Origin: an uncultured Acidobacteriota bacterium
GTDB lineage: Bacteria; Acidobacteriota; Terriglobia; Acidiferrales; UBA7541
Length of the DNA: 64,000 nt
Direction of reading: 5' to 3'
Assembly: GCA_963818085.1 (NCBI GenBank)
Contig: CAWFQV010000004.1
Location: forward strand, 91,818 to 155,817
The notes beneath the pieces are model-generated. The model had not been told where the DNA came from, did no database searches, and saw only the letters and a program-made list of their open reading frames with translations. Shown here one piece after another: positions 17,106-28,798 of the stretch. Made by a program: the position numbers and the translations under genes. Within the stretch, counting starts at the first letter, position 1; each line of letters begins with the position of its first letter.

Positions 17106-19772
17106 ATGCCGCAACGCAAGCGAAAGGCCAGTGACTTCGGCGCTGAAATCGAAACTCATATTCAGCTGGAGACGGAACGCTTGCAGGAACAGGGGCTCAG
17201 CTACGAGGTTGCCCGAACCGCAGCACGCCGGGCTTTTGGCAATGTCACGCACGCTCAGGAACACTTCTACGAATCCAGCCACTGGCTCTGGTGGGACAAC
17301 TTCCGGCAAGACTGGCACTACGCCGCGCGCATGCTGCGCAAGTCACCCGGCTTCACCGCCATCGCCGTCATGACGATCGCCCTGGGCATCGGAGCCACCA
17401 CAGCGATTTTCAGCGTCGTCAATGCAACGCTGTTGCACCCCCTGCCATACCCGCAGCCGGAGCAGCTCGTAAGCATCGAGGATGATCGTCCCGGCGTGGG
17501 CGCGCAGGACGTAGGAATCTCCGTGCCCGAATGGCACGATCTTCAGCGCTCCGGCATTTTTGAATATGTCACGCCGCTAGGGGGCGGGGACGTGAATCTG
17601 ACGGGCTCGTCAAAGCCTATGCGCGTGCGCTTTCTGAATATAGCGCCGAATTATTTTGCGCTAATGCGCGTGAAACCGCAGTTGGGCCGCTCGTTCGATC
17701 CCCAAGATCACACACCCGGATTCACGCTGGAAGGACTCATCAGCGACGGCCTGTGGAAACGGGCCTTCGCGTCCGATCCGCATATTCTGGGAAAGAGTTT
17801 GCGGCTCGACAACGACTTGTATCGCGTGATCGGCGTGATGCCGGCGGGTTATCACGATCCGGGGCGGACAGCGGAGGAAAGGAACATCGATATTTGGCTG
17901 GCGTCGGGTTTTGGGGCCCCGCCGGCCCCGCCGGCGGTGCGCAATTCGCGGTTCCTTCCGGGAGCCATTGCGAGAATCGCACCGGGACTGACGATTGCGG
18001 CGGCGCAGAGCCGTGTAGACGCGTTGGTGGCAGCTTTGCAGAAAGAATTTCCGGACGATTATCCACTGCAAGACGCCTGGAAGGTGCGGTTGGTGCCGCT
18101 CGCGGAGACCGTGGTCGGTAACGTTCGCCAGTCGTTGATTTTGCTGCTTGGCGCTGTGGGATTGGTCTTGCTCATCGGCTGCGTGAATGTCGCGAACCTG
18201 CTGCTCGCTCGCGCTAGTGCGAGAGGGCGCGAAATGGCAGTGCGCCAAGCACTTGGAGCCGCACGGACGCGCCTGATTCGACAGTTGCTCACTGAAAGTA
18301 TGCTTCTTTCATTGCTCGGCGGGATAGCCGGTTTAGCGATTCTATTTTGTGCGAAGGGATTTCTGTTGCGAATCCTGCCTGATAGCTTGCCGCGGCTGAA
18401 CGAAGTATCGATCAATTGGTCGGTTTTACTTTTCGCTCTGGTTGCCTCTCTGGTCGCGGGGACGATTTTCGGTCTAGCTCCTGCGTTGCATGCTGGGCGG
18501 TTGGATTTGGTTTCTATGCTCAAAAAGGAAGGGCGCGGCTCAACCGGTTCGGGTGAACAAGCGCGTACGCGCCGCGTGTTGATCGTGACGGAATTTGCTC
18601 TCTCCTTAGTGCTGATGATTGCTGCCGGCCTTCTGCTCCGCAGCTTCTGGGATTTGCTAAACGTGCGGCCCGGATTCAACCCAGAGAATGTTATGGCGGT
18701 GCGCACGTGGCTGCCGGTGCCAAACGATCCGGAAACCGACATCTACCAAACTCCTGCCCAGGAAGCCCCGTTCATACGCGAAATACTTCGTCGCGGCAGG
18801 ATGCTGTCCGGGGTGGAAGAAGTAGCCGTCGGTGATATGGCGGCTGTTCCATTAGGTCATGGTCGAAACGATCTAAACCCGTACGCATTGATCGTCGAAG
18901 GCCGCGAGATTCAAAGCGACCAAGCTGCTTTGGTGAACGCCTCAATCGTCACGCCCGGATATTTTCACTTGCTGGGCATGGCGATGCTGCGCGGCCGTTT
19001 ATTCGACGATTTCGACGACGAAAAAGCGCCTCGAGTCGCAGTGATCAACGAGATGTTCGCGCGCACATACTGGCCAAACGAGAATCCACTTGGCCACCAC
19101 CTTCAGCTAAACAACATACGCGGATCTGTGAACCCTTCCTGGACCACAGTAGTCGGTGTGATTGCGGATGCTCGAACAGAATCGCTCGCGGAATCGAGCG
19201 TCCCGCAAATCTATCTGAGCTTGTATCAGAAGCGGCCCAAAGATCTGGCGATATTTTTGTGCGGACGGCTGGATCCCGCCGCTACTCCAGTAGCGTTGCG
19301 CGAGCAGGTGCAGTCCATCAATCCGGAGCTTCCCGTTTTCGGCGCGCAGACGCTGAATGAGATGGTATCTACGTCTCTCACCGAGAGGCGATTCTCGATG
19401 GAATTGGTTGGTCTGTTCGCTTTGACCGCCTTGCTTCTCGCCGGTCTTGGAATATACGGAGTGATTTCGTACATCGTCAGCGAGCGCACCCACGAGATCG
19501 GGATTCGCCTGGCACTGGGTGCCCAACGTCGGAACATCCTGCGCATGGTTCTGCGCCAAGGACTGGCGCTCGCGATTGCGGGCGCTGCGGTAGGGCTGGT
19601 TTGCGCGCTGATCGTTTCGCGCTTAATGGCAGGACTGCTTTATGGCGTTAGGCCGACAGACCCTCTAACGTTTGCAGGCGTCGCGCTTCTTCTCATCGGT
19701 GTCGCTCTGCTTGCTTGTTATATTCCGGCGCGGCGCGCGATACGCGTAGATCCGCTGATCGCGCTGAGATAG
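17106..19772 (+). CDS. ADOP-type ABC transporter permease (duplicated MacB-like periplasmic domain + FtsX)
   Basis: 888-aa ORF located 4 nt after padR. It has the characteristic N-terminus '[42 protein letters not shown]', '[28 protein letters not shown]', and two FtsX modules ('[22 protein letters not shown]'). Confidence 0.92.
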   Translation: MPQRKRKASDFGAEIETHIQLETERLQEQGLSYEVARTAARRAFGNVTHAQEHFYESSHWLWWDNFRQDWHYAARMLRKSPGFTAIAVMTIALGIGATTAIFSVVNATLLHPLPYPQPEQLVSIEDDRPGVGAQDVGISVPEWHDLQRSGIFEYVTPLGGGDVNLTGSSKPMRVRFLNIAPNYFALMRVKPQLGRSFDPQDHTPGFTLEGLISDGLWKRAFASDPHILGKSLRLDNDLYRVIGVMPAGYHDPGRTAEERNIDIWLASGFGAPPAPPAVRNSRFLPGAIARIAPGLTIAAAQSRVDALVAALQKEFPDDYPLQDAWKVRLVPLAETVVGNVRQSLILLLGAVGLVLLIGCVNVANLLLARASARGREMAVRQALGAARTRLIRQLLTESMLLSLLGGIAGLAILFCAKGFLLRILPDSLPRLNEVSINWSVLLFALVASLVAGTIFGLAPALHAGRLDLVSMLKKEGRGSTGSGEQARTRRVLIVTEFALSLVLMIAAGLLLRSFWDLLNVRPGFNPENVMAVRTWLPVPNDPETDIYQTPAQEAPFIREILRRGRMLSGVEEVAVGDMAAVPLGHGRNDLNPYALIVEGREIQSDQAALVNASIVTPGYFHLLGMAMLRGRLFDDFDDEKAPRVAVINEMFARTYWPNENPLGHHLQLNNIRGSVNPSWTTVVGVIADARTESLAESSVPQIYLSLYQKRPKDLAIFLCGRLDPAATPVALREQVQSINPELPVFGAQTLNEMVSTSLTERRFSMELVGLFALTALLLAGLGIYGVISYIVSERTHEIGIRLALGAQRRNILRMVLRQGLALAIAGAAVGLVCALIVSRLMAGLLYGVRPTDPLTFAGVALLLIGVALLACYIPARRAIRVDPLIALR

Positions 19773-19813
19773 GAATAAAAAAGGGCGCCCCGGTGGATTG
19801 CACCGGGACGCCC
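19771..19813 (-). terminator. intrinsic terminator of groEL (weakly bidirectional)
   Basis: Stem 19783-19795 pairs with 19801-19813 (GGGCGCCCCGGTG / CACCGGGACGCCC, one mismatch) with a 5-nt loop. The minus strand continues with TTTTTTATT and the plus strand with TTTGCGGATTT. Confidence 0.8.
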
Positions 19814-19856
19814 TTTGCGGATTTAGTTAAACGACCGACGGAATCGGCCGCTGGGT

Positions 19857-21524
<1,668 letters not shown>

Positions 21525-21638
21525 CTAAGTGTGTTAGTCCGGTTGGTTCGCGCCTCGGTTAACTCAAGGCCTCGCCGCATCCGGCGTTTCTGTCGAGTGA
21601 CGCTGGCCAATGCTCCGATCAATCAGAGCGAGGCCGAG

Positions 21639-21959
21639 TTACTTTTTGCCGCCAGCCGCTTTGGCCTGGCCGCCGATCTTCGCGAGGATTTCGTCTTCCT
21701 TCATGATCATGAATTCCTCGTCGTCGATCTTGATGTCGTTACCGCTGTACTTGCCGAACAGAATCTTGTCCCCAGGTTTCACATCCAGCGGAATCCGGGT
21801 ACCCTTTTCCATGCGGCCTGCGCCTACGGCAACCACTTCGCCTTCTTGGGGTTTCTCTCTGGCCGAGTCAGGGATGATAATTCCGCCCTTTACGGTTTCT
21901 TTCTCTTCCAACCGCCGTACTAACACACGGTCGTGTAGTGGCGTTATGTTCACTGCCAT
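21639..21959 (-). CDS. groES: co-chaperonin GroES
   Basis: ATG 21959 is preceded by GGAGGA. '[46 protein letters not shown]'. The ORF-track start at 22034 is an upstream extension that runs across the CIRCE site. Confidence 0.97.
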   Translation of the reverse strand: MAVNITPLHDRVLVRRLEEKETVKGGIIIPDSAREKPQEGEVVAVGAGRMEKGTRIPLDVKPGDKILFGKYSGNDIKIDDEEFMIMKEDEILAKIGGQAKAAGGKK

Positions 21960-22020
21960 TTGTGCTTTTCCTCCGGTGGCGAACTTAGGTATCGTTCGAA
22001 GGGAGGCTGCCGCCGAGGCG

Positions 22021-22047
22021 TTAGCACTCCTCATGAACGAGTGCCAA
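22021..22047. promoter_or_regulatory. CIRCE operator (HrcA binding site)
   Basis: TTAGCACTC-N9-GAGTGCCAA, one mismatch to the consensus TTAGCACTC-N9-GAGTGCTAA. It lies between the putative -10 element and groES. Confidence 0.9.
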
Positions 22048-22074
22048 TAATACCAGGTGCGGTGGGACTGTCAA
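22047..22074 (-). promoter_or_regulatory. candidate sigma-70 promoter of groESL
   Basis: On the minus strand: TTGACA (22074-22069), 16-nt spacer, TATTAT (22052-22047). The -10 element abuts CIRCE. Confidence 0.6.
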
Positions 22075-22187
22075 GGCTGTAGTTGACAATTCTTCGCTCA
22101 CATCTTTGTGCAGCAATTAAAGGGCTTAGTTTCTGATATATAGCTAGTTGATTGGCGGCATTGGTTATAGTAGTTTGGCGTGAAATT

Positions 22188-22799
22188 ATGGATGAGAAAA
22201 ATGTGGCCGGATTTGTTCTTGCGGGGGGCAAAAGCTCGCGCATGGGACGCGATAAAGCGCTATTGGATATCAATGGCGAGTCTTTGATTGCTCGCGCGAC
22301 GCGGCTGCTGCAGTCGGTCGTCGGCGACGCCGTGGTCATCGCCTCGACTTCTGGTTACGAATCGCTCGGGCTGCGCAGTGTGGCAGACGATTTTCCCGGC
22401 TACGGCCCGCTCGGAGGCATTGCCACGGCTCTCCATGTTTCCATGAAACCTTGGAATCTCGTAATTGCTTGCGACCTTCCGTATCTCACAAAACCGTGGC
22501 TCGAATATTTGATCAAGCGCGCGCTGAAATCGGAAGCGGACGCTGTTGTGCCGATGAACGTGCGCGGGCCCGAGCCGCTTTGCGCCATGTATCACAAGAA
22601 TGCAGAGGGCCGAATCCGCACGGCGGTAGAAGGCGGTGTGCGCAAAGTGACGGACTCGTTTGCCGACCTTTCTGTGGAGCATGTGGAACCCAGTGAATGG
22701 AAAGGCTTTGCTTCCGGCGGCATACTATTTAAGAATGTGAATTCGCCGGCGGACTACAAAGAAGCGAAGGCGCGGTTGAGCGCGCAGAAAAATCCATGA
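22188..22799 (+). CDS. mobA: molybdenum cofactor guanylyltransferase-like nucleotidyltransferase
   Basis: ATG 22188. 'GFVLAGGKSSRMGRDKALL', 'GPLGGIATAL', 'VIACDLPYL'. Confidence 0.8.
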   Translation: MDEKNVAGFVLAGGKSSRMGRDKALLDINGESLIARATRLLQSVVGDAVVIASTSGYESLGLRSVADDFPGYGPLGGIATALHVSMKPWNLVIACDLPYLTKPWLEYLIKRALKSEADAVVPMNVRGPEPLCAMYHKNAEGRIRTAVEGGVRKVTDSFADLSVEHVEPSEWKGFASGGILFKNVNSPADYKEAKARLSAQKNP

Positions 22800-23563
22800 G
22801 CGAGCATTATTTCGAATTTCGCAACGTCTTCAAATCGTTTGACGATAACGACGTGCTGAAGGACGTGAGCTTCTTCGTGAATCAGGGCGAGACTGCCGTG
22901 ATTATGGGACGCAGCGGAGTGGGCAAGTCAGTTTCGCTGAAGCTTCTGCTGGGCTTTTTGTACCCCGATTCCGGGCAAATTATCGTGGCGGGAAAAGATG
23001 TGACCAACTGGACCGAAAAGCAATTTTCCGAGATCCGTCGTCACGTAACCATGGTTTTTCAGTCCGGTGCGCTGTTCGATTCGCTGACTGTTCAAGAAAA
23101 TATTGCCTTTCCGGTGGAGACTCGGGGGAAACCGGAAGAGCGGCAACAGGCCGAACACACGGTTAACGAGCTGATGAAAATGCTGGAGGTGGAAGAATTT
23201 GCGGACCAGCTGCCGTCCGATCTGGGTACCGGGATGAAACGCGCCGTGGCGATTGCGCGGGCCTTGGCTGAGAATCCGGTCGCGATTCTTTACGACGAAC
23301 CGACCACCATGGTGGATCCGATAATGGCGGCGCACGTGGGCGACTTGATCGTCAAATTGAAAAAGCAATTCAAGAAGACTTCCATCGTGGTGACGCACGA
23401 TACACATCTCGCAAAAACACTTGCCGACCGCGTGATCTTTTTGGTGGAAGGACGCGTTTCTTTTTTCGGAACGTGGCCAGAGCTGGAAAATTCCAAGGAT
23501 CCCTTTCTGAGGAATTTTCTGGCGCAGGATGAGTTGATCCCTGCTCTGGACGCCACGGCGTGA
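22796..23563 (+). CDS. ABC-type ATPase, MlaF-like, with degenerate signature motif
   Basis: 255-aa ORF whose ATG overlaps the mobA TGA (ATGA). Walker A 'GRSGVGKS', Q-loop 'VFQSGALF', Walker B 'ILYDEPTT', H-loop 'VVTHD'. The signature reads 'LGTGM' instead of LSGG(Q/M). Confidence 0.88.
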   Translation: MSEHYFEFRNVFKSFDDNDVLKDVSFFVNQGETAVIMGRSGVGKSVSLKLLLGFLYPDSGQIIVAGKDVTNWTEKQFSEIRRHVTMVFQSGALFDSLTVQENIAFPVETRGKPEERQQAEHTVNELMKMLEVEEFADQLPSDLGTGMKRAVAIARALAENPVAILYDEPTTMVDPIMAAHVGDLIVKLKKQFKKTSIVVTHDTHLAKTLADRVIFLVEGRVSFFGTWPELENSKDPFLRNFLAQDELIPALDATA

Positions 23564-24990
23564 GCGAAGTTCCCGCACAGAACTCCAAACCAAAACTCCC
23601 GCGCGTGATGGGCTTTTGGGACGTCTTGCTATTTAACATTGTGACCGTACTGGGTCCGCGGTGGATTGCGGCGGCGGCACACAACGGCACTTCGTCCATA
23701 TCTCTATGGTTCCTGGCGGCGTTTTTATTTTTTGTTCCGACCGCGCTGGTGATTGCAGAACTTTCCACGAGGTTTCCAGAAGAGGGCGGGCTGTACGCCT
23801 GGGCCAAGGATGCATTTGGAGAATTTCACGGCTTCGTGGCCGGCTGGACCTACTGGATTTATACATTGTTTTATTTTCCGGCGCTGTTGTTTGCCAGCGC
23901 TGCGATGGCGGCTTACATCGGGGGGATCGGGTACGCGCCTTTAGCGCAGAATCGTACGTTTTTGCTGGTGGTGTCCTTCCTGCTCTTTTTTGTGGCTGTT
24001 TTCATGAACATCATCGGACTGCGCATCGGAAAGTGGCTGCAGAACGCCGGCGCGGTGGGCACGTTTGTACCGCTCATGATGCTGATCGTGGCGGCCGCTT
24101 GCGTTTGGTATCGCTACCGGTCGGTAACGCAGTTCACATGGAGCAATATTCAGCCGCACTGGAATTGGGACACGGTGAATTTCTGGCCGCAAATCGCGTT
24201 TGCATTCGGAGGGCTGGAACTGGTGTCGTCGATGAGCGAAGAAGTGAAGAATCCGCGAAAAACCTTTCCGCGCGCGATTCTGGGCTCGGGCATCGTGATC
24301 GCAGTGATTTATATTGCGGGAACGATTGCTGTGCTGTCGTTGATGAGCAGCGTGCAGGTAGATCCGAAGAGCGGCGTGTTTCAGGCGCTTACGATTGCTT
24401 CGGCTGCTCTGAAGATCAGCGCTCTGGGAATCATCGCCGCAATTCTGGTAACAGTAGGGAACGCGGGCGGCGTGGGTTCGACAGTTGCAGGAATTTCGCG
24501 CGTTCCGTTTGCGGTGGGCGTGGATCGCTACTTGCCTCGCGCGTTCGCGAAAGTGCATCCGAAGTGGGAGACGCCGTACGTTTCCATCCTGGTGCAAGCT
24601 GGAATTTCCGGCGCGATTTTGCTGTTGAGCCAGATCAGCGAAACGACTGTAGGCGCTTATCAAATTTTGGTGGACGCTACGAACATTCTTTACTTCATTC
24701 CGTTCCTTTACATGTACGCGGCTGTGATCAAACTGGCGTACCGGCCGGACAGGGAAGAATCGACAGCCGCTCTAATTCCCGGCGGGAAAATCGGCGTGTG
24801 GATCGCGGGAGGCATCGGATTTTTGATCGTGCTGGGGAGCATTATCCTCTCCGTGATTCCGCCCGGGGAGAGCACGCACAAATGGGTATTCGAAATGAAA
24901 TTGATTGGCGGCACAGGACTCGCTCTACTGTTCGGCGTGATGCTTTTCGTGCGCGGGGCGCGATCGAAGGCACGGGACGTCGCGCGCTAG
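23560..24990 (+). CDS. APC-superfamily amino acid/polyamine permease
   Basis: 476-aa ORF whose GTG overlaps the ATPase TGA (GTGA). It has ~12 hydrophobic helices and the N-terminal family pattern 'GFWDVLLFNIVTVLGPRWIA...ALVIAELSTRFPEEGGLYAWAKDAFG'. Confidence 0.88.
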   Translation: MSEVPAQNSKPKLPRVMGFWDVLLFNIVTVLGPRWIAAAAHNGTSSISLWFLAAFLFFVPTALVIAELSTRFPEEGGLYAWAKDAFGEFHGFVAGWTYWIYTLFYFPALLFASAAMAAYIGGIGYAPLAQNRTFLLVVSFLLFFVAVFMNIIGLRIGKWLQNAGAVGTFVPLMMLIVAAACVWYRYRSVTQFTWSNIQPHWNWDTVNFWPQIAFAFGGLELVSSMSEEVKNPRKTFPRAILGSGIVIAVIYIAGTIAVLSLMSSVQVDPKSGVFQALTIASAALKISALGIIAAILVTVGNAGGVGSTVAGISRVPFAVGVDRYLPRAFAKVHPKWETPYVSILVQAGISGAILLLSQISETTVGAYQILVDATNILYFIPFLYMYAAVIKLAYRPDREESTAALIPGGKIGVWIAGGIGFLIVLGSIILSVIPPGESTHKWVFEMKLIGGTGLALLFGVMLFVRGARSKARDVAR

Positions 24991-24995
24991 TTGGA

Positions 24996-26267
24996 TTAAT
25001 GTATTGTGCGATTTTGAGCGGATTGCTTTGAGGCTAGAGAAAAGCGTGGCTCGAGTTTTGGCGCCCCGGAAGCTCCTCGGTGAAGAACCAGTGCAGCAAC
25101 ATATTCTCCGACTGACGGGCCGTGCTTGAATCCGTGGCCGGAGCCGCCGCCCACCAGCCAGACATTGTCAAAATCAGGGTGCCGATCGATCAGAAAATCT
25201 CCGTTGGAAGTATTTTCGTACTGGCAGACGCGCGTCTCGACCGCGGGCGCCTCCTGTAATTGCGGAAAGCGGCGCGCAACATATTTTTTCGCCGCGGCGA
25301 GGGCTTCGGAAGATGCGATCCTGGATTGGGTGTCCGGATCGACTTTTTCGCCGTGCCGATCATTGGCGACCTTGAATCCGCGGCTTTCGAGATCGGGCAT
25401 GCCGTAGAATTCGTATTTCGAATCGATCCATGTGGGCATAGCAGGAATCGCGAATTGCGTGTTGCCCGGGGGCACGCCAAAAAAGAAAACTTCCTGGCGC
25501 GATGGGAAAATGCGGTTGCCGAGGAGGTCGGAAAAAACTTTCGGCAGCCATGGTCCACAAGCAAATACGAAATTGTTCGCCCAGATTGTTTCGCCGCTGG
25601 CGGTGCTTAAGGTAGAGAGGTGTCCGCGGCCTAGGGGAGCAGCTACCATTTCGCAGGCGTAGGTGAGGCCAAACTTCTGGGCCTGTTCGAGCACGGCTTG
25701 AACGGCCCTTCGCGCCATCAAGACGCCGCTATCGGGTTCCAAGATTCCCCAGGCGGCGTCTTCAAAGGATATTTGCGGGAAGCGACGGCGTAATTGATCG
25801 GGAGCGATCTTTTCAAATTTCGCACCGGCATCCTTCATCACGGCCATGCTAGCGAGCGCATATGGTTCTTGGCCGTGAGCGATCCAGAGCACACCCGTTG
25901 GCTGAAAAAGCTCGGGGCGCCCGGCTCTTGCAAAAAGTTCCCTCCAAAGGGGCAAAGCGCGAAGAGACCAGCGGGTATAAATTTCGTCGGCGCCGTAGCC
26001 CGCGCGAATGATGCGCGATTCGCCGCCCGAACTTGCGCGGGCGTTGGCAGGTCCGTACGCATCGATTAGCAAAACGCGCGCGCCGGATTTCTGGAGACAG
26101 TAGGCGGTCCAGGAGCCGAAAACTCCAGCTCCGATTACAGCCGCGTCATAGGTCCCGGATTTGCTCATGCGTTTCTCTCCTGATTTTCCCGGCGCATTTT
26201 TCCACATCGGGCCAATAACAGATGCGGCTCCGAGGGTTTTTAGAAATTGGCGCCGCGCGATCTTCAT
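24996..26267 (-). CDS. Tat-exported FAD-dependent oxidoreductase (DAO / sarcosine oxidase-like)
   Basis: ORF 24996-26282. ATG 26267 gives the twin-arginine signal 'MKIARRQFLKTLGAASVIG'. Dinucleotide motif 'YDAAVIGAGVFGSWTAY'. 'GGGSGHGFKHGP' lies near the C-terminus. Confidence 0.85.
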   Translation of the reverse strand: MKIARRQFLKTLGAASVIGPMWKNAPGKSGEKRMSKSGTYDAAVIGAGVFGSWTAYCLQKSGARVLLIDAYGPANARASSGGESRIIRAGYGADEIYTRWSLRALPLWRELFARAGRPELFQPTGVLWIAHGQEPYALASMAVMKDAGAKFEKIAPDQLRRRFPQISFEDAAWGILEPDSGVLMARRAVQAVLEQAQKFGLTYACEMVAAPLGRGHLSTLSTASGETIWANNFVFACGPWLPKVFSDLLGNRIFPSRQEVFFFGVPPGNTQFAIPAMPTWIDSKYEFYGMPDLESRGFKVANDRHGEKVDPDTQSRIASSEALAAAKKYVARRFPQLQEAPAVETRVCQYENTSNGDFLIDRHPDFDNVWLVGGGSGHGFKHGPSVGEYVAALVLHRGASGAPKLEPRFSLASKQSAQNRTIH

Positions 26268-26520
26268 GTTGTTTTTTCGCACTTGGTTACGCGGAAGCGG
26301 CTGCCACCGAGCCTTCTCCCGATTCTTTTCGGCGGCTCAAACTAGCACGAAATCAAGGTTGTGACATGCGCTCGAATGCAGAAAAGGGACACCGGTGACT
26401 TGCTCCGCAGGTGCAGTGAAACCCGCGGAAGATTGGGAACGTCAACTCTATTAGTACTATTCCATGCTGTGGAAAGCTTAGTTAAGCCGGGGCAGAAAGC
26501 CGCACAAAGGAAAGATCGCT

Positions 26521-26988
26521 ATGCGAGCGGAACTGACCGCTTTTAGGACCTGCTCCGTATTGGCCTCGGTTCTGGTGTTTGCCGGTGCGAGTTTCGCGCA
26601 GGGCAAAGGTCCCCTGGTCGAATCACGACCTCCCGCAATGAGTCAAGTGGCGCCTGCTGGGAATTATCATTTCCACGTTCACCTGGGCACCTACTGTTGC
26701 TCTTCTGAAAGTGTGCCGAGTGACGCTGGCAACGAACGCGACATTACGGCTCCCTACGGAGTTACAGTTGCACATGGCCAAGCGGACTGGCAACCATCGA
26801 GGTTCATGCCCTTTTCAAAAGCGCTGGCGAAGGGCGAGCGAGTATTGAAACAAATCCCAACGCCGGCGCCTTCGCTGGGTGACCTGGCGCGCGAGCAGCG
26901 CGACTTGAAAAGGTCTGACCAAACGGCGGATGTTCAAATCAAGCAAGATGCCACCGGAAAGGCTGTGGTAGTGACAAAGCGGCCTTAG
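26521..26988 (+). CDS. hypothetical secreted protein
   Basis: 155-aa ORF with signal-like 'CSVLASVLVFAGASFAQG'. I recognise no family. It lies in a divergent intergenic context with AGGAAAG upstream. Confidence 0.5.
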   Translation: MRAELTAFRTCSVLASVLVFAGASFAQGKGPLVESRPPAMSQVAPAGNYHFHVHLGTYCCSSESVPSDAGNERDITAPYGVTVAHGQADWQPSRFMPFSKALAKGERVLKQIPTPAPSLGDLAREQRDLKRSDQTADVQIKQDATGKAVVVTKRP

Positions 26989-27024
26989 CCGCGGAATGCA
27001 ATCTGGGCGTACTGCGTTGTAAAG

Positions 27025-27678
27025 TTAGAAACCTTCCTCGATCAACTTACTCACGGATAGGTGCGAGCTCGCCGGGGACTTTTGTTTTGCAAGAAGGTTT
27101 TCCACATATTTTGCGAGGATGTCGGTTTCGATGTTGACTGCGTCGTGGGGGCTCATGGCGCGGACGTTTGTGTGCGAGTAGGTGAAGGGGATGATAGCGA
27201 TGTCCGCGACTCCTTCTTGCCAGCGTGCGACGGTGAGACTAATGCCGTCGATGGTGATGGAGCCTTTTTCCGCGACGTAACGGCCGTGGTCTTCGGGTAC
27301 GCGGACCGAAAGCCACCAGTTGTTCCCTTCGGGGAGCAAGCGCGCGACGCGGCCGATGCCGTCAACATGCCCTTGTACGAAATGGCCGCCGAGGCGCGCG
27401 TTGGCGGCCAGAGGCTTTTCCAGATTTACGAGGTCGCCGGATTTTTTCTCGCCGAAGGAAGTGCGGCGCAGAGTTTCGCCAGAAAGGTCGGCGGAGAAAT
27501 GATCGCTGTCGAATTCGACGACCGTGAGGCAGCAACCGTTGACGGAGATGCTATCGCCGATCTTGGTGGATGCGGCGAATTCGACGGCGCCAGCCAAGCT
27601 GACGCGAAGGCGGCCGCCATCTTTCGCTAGTTCGAGCGATTTAATTTTTCCGACGTGCTCGGTGATCCCTGTAAACAT
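27025..27678 (-). CDS. ribE: riboflavin synthase
   Basis: ATG 27678 gives the canonical 'MFTGITEHVGKI' N-terminus. Duplicated lumazine-binding halves ('SISVNGCCLTV', 'SITIDGISLTV'). Confidence 0.95.
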   Translation of the reverse strand: MFTGITEHVGKIKSLELAKDGGRLRVSLAGAVEFAASTKIGDSISVNGCCLTVVEFDSDHFSADLSGETLRRTSFGEKKSGDLVNLEKPLAANARLGGHFVQGHVDGIGRVARLLPEGNNWWLSVRVPEDHGRYVAEKGSITIDGISLTVARWQEGVADIAIIPFTYSHTNVRAMSPHDAVNIETDILAKYVENLLAKQKSPASSHLSVSKLIEEGF

Positions 27679-28798
27679 CGTGAAAATATCCTTGGACGAC
27701 AAAATCAGGGCCGCAAGTCTTTACAGATATATTGTTTAGCATCGGCGACCTTGGAAACCATTTTGATGGAATGCGCGCCATGGGGACGCCGCCGGTTCCC
27801 ATGATCTTGGGAGCATAGAAGAGAATCATTTTGTCCACAATTCCAGATTGGAGGGCGGCGTCGTTCAGTTCGGCGCCAGCTTCGAGCAAGGCGTTTAACA
27901 TTTCGCGGCGGCCTAGCTCGCGGATAACGGCGTGCAAGTCCACACGGCCGCCACGCGAGGGCAGCTCGAAAACTTCGACCCCGGCACGAACTAAGGCGCG
28001 AGCTTTTGTAGAATCGGCCCGTTGCGTGGTGAAAACGATTACGTCGCCTTGGGCAGATTTCACGAGCTTGGAACGCAACGGAGTGCGCAGGCGAGAATCG
28101 ACTATGGCGCGCAAAAGTCTGCGGCGGCGCGGCTGGCCTGTGCGATCGGACATGCGTGGATCGTCGGCGAGGACCGTGCCGACGCCGGTGAGGAGCACGT
28201 CGGCTTGATGGCGCAGGCGCTGGACACCTTCGAGTGACTCTGCGGAGGTGATCCACGTGGTGCTGCCGCCGCGCGAGGCGATCTGGCCATCAAGGGTGAG
28301 TGCCGTTTTCAGAGTTACGAAGGGAAGGCCCGTGCGAATCCATTTGGCGAAATCTTCGTTCAACTCTTCGACGCGTTCTCTAAAATTGTCCAAGAGATGA
28401 ACTTCAATGCCAGCGCGCTTTAATTCTGCGAATCCTTGACCAGCCACTGCCGGATTTGGATCTTCCATCGGAGTGTAAACATTTTTTATTCCGGCGGCGA
28501 TGATGGCCTTCGTGCATGGGCCGGTTCGGCCGCTGGTGCAGCATGGTTCTAGCGTGAGGTAGAGGCTGGCTCCAGTCGCTTTTTCTCCCGCTTTTGTCAG
28601 GGCGACGATTTCGGCGTGGTCGCGGCGGTCATACGCGTGAAATCCTTCGCCGACTACGCGGCCGTTCTTTACCAGGACCGCACCGACCATCGGATTTGGG
28701 TGCGCGAGGGCCACACCGCGCTGCGCCAAATCGAGTCCGCGTTCCAAAAATGCGTCGTGTAACGCGGCGGCGTCGCTAGTCGAAGAGCGAATTGACAT
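27641..28798 (-). CDS. ribD: bifunctional diaminohydroxyphosphoribosylaminopyrimidine deaminase / 5-amino-6-(5-phosphoribosylamino)uracil reductase
   Basis: ORF extends to 28831 (TTG). ATG 28798 fits homologous N-termini. It has 'HPNPMVGAVLV', 'HAEIVAL', the zinc motif 'TLEPCCTSGRTGPC', and a reductase half 'VTLKTALTLDG'. Confidence 0.93.
   Translation of the reverse strand: MSIRSSTSDAAALHDAFLERGLDLAQRGVALAHPNPMVGAVLVKNGRVVGEGFHAYDRRDHAEIVALTKAGEKATGASLYLTLEPCCTSGRTGPCTKAIIAAGIKNVYTPMEDPNPAVAGQGFAELKRAGIEVHLLDNFRERVEELNEDFAKWIRTGLPFVTLKTALTLDGQIASRGGSTTWITSAESLEGVQRLRHQADVLLTGVGTVLADDPRMSDRTGQPRRRRLLRAIVDSRLRTPLRSKLVKSAQGDVIVFTTQRADSTKARALVRAGVEVFELPSRGGRVDLHAVIRELGRREMLNALLEAGAELNDAALQSGIVDKMILFYAPKIMGTGGVPMARIPSKWFPRSPMLNNISVKTCGPDFVVQGYFHDVYRDHRARRKN

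Noticed and set aside
23661-25031. 456-codon ORF in an alternative frame of the same strand, lying inside the APC permease gene.
   Set aside because: The translation is Arg/Gly/Cys/Asp-rich with no motif. The permease frame has a clear 12-TM family signature. In a hydrophobic, GC3-rich gene this shifted frame only meets a stop when NNT is followed by AAN, AGN or GAN, which are rare codons there, so a long open run is plausible by composition. It is striking in length, but there is no independent support such as an SD or a conserved motif.
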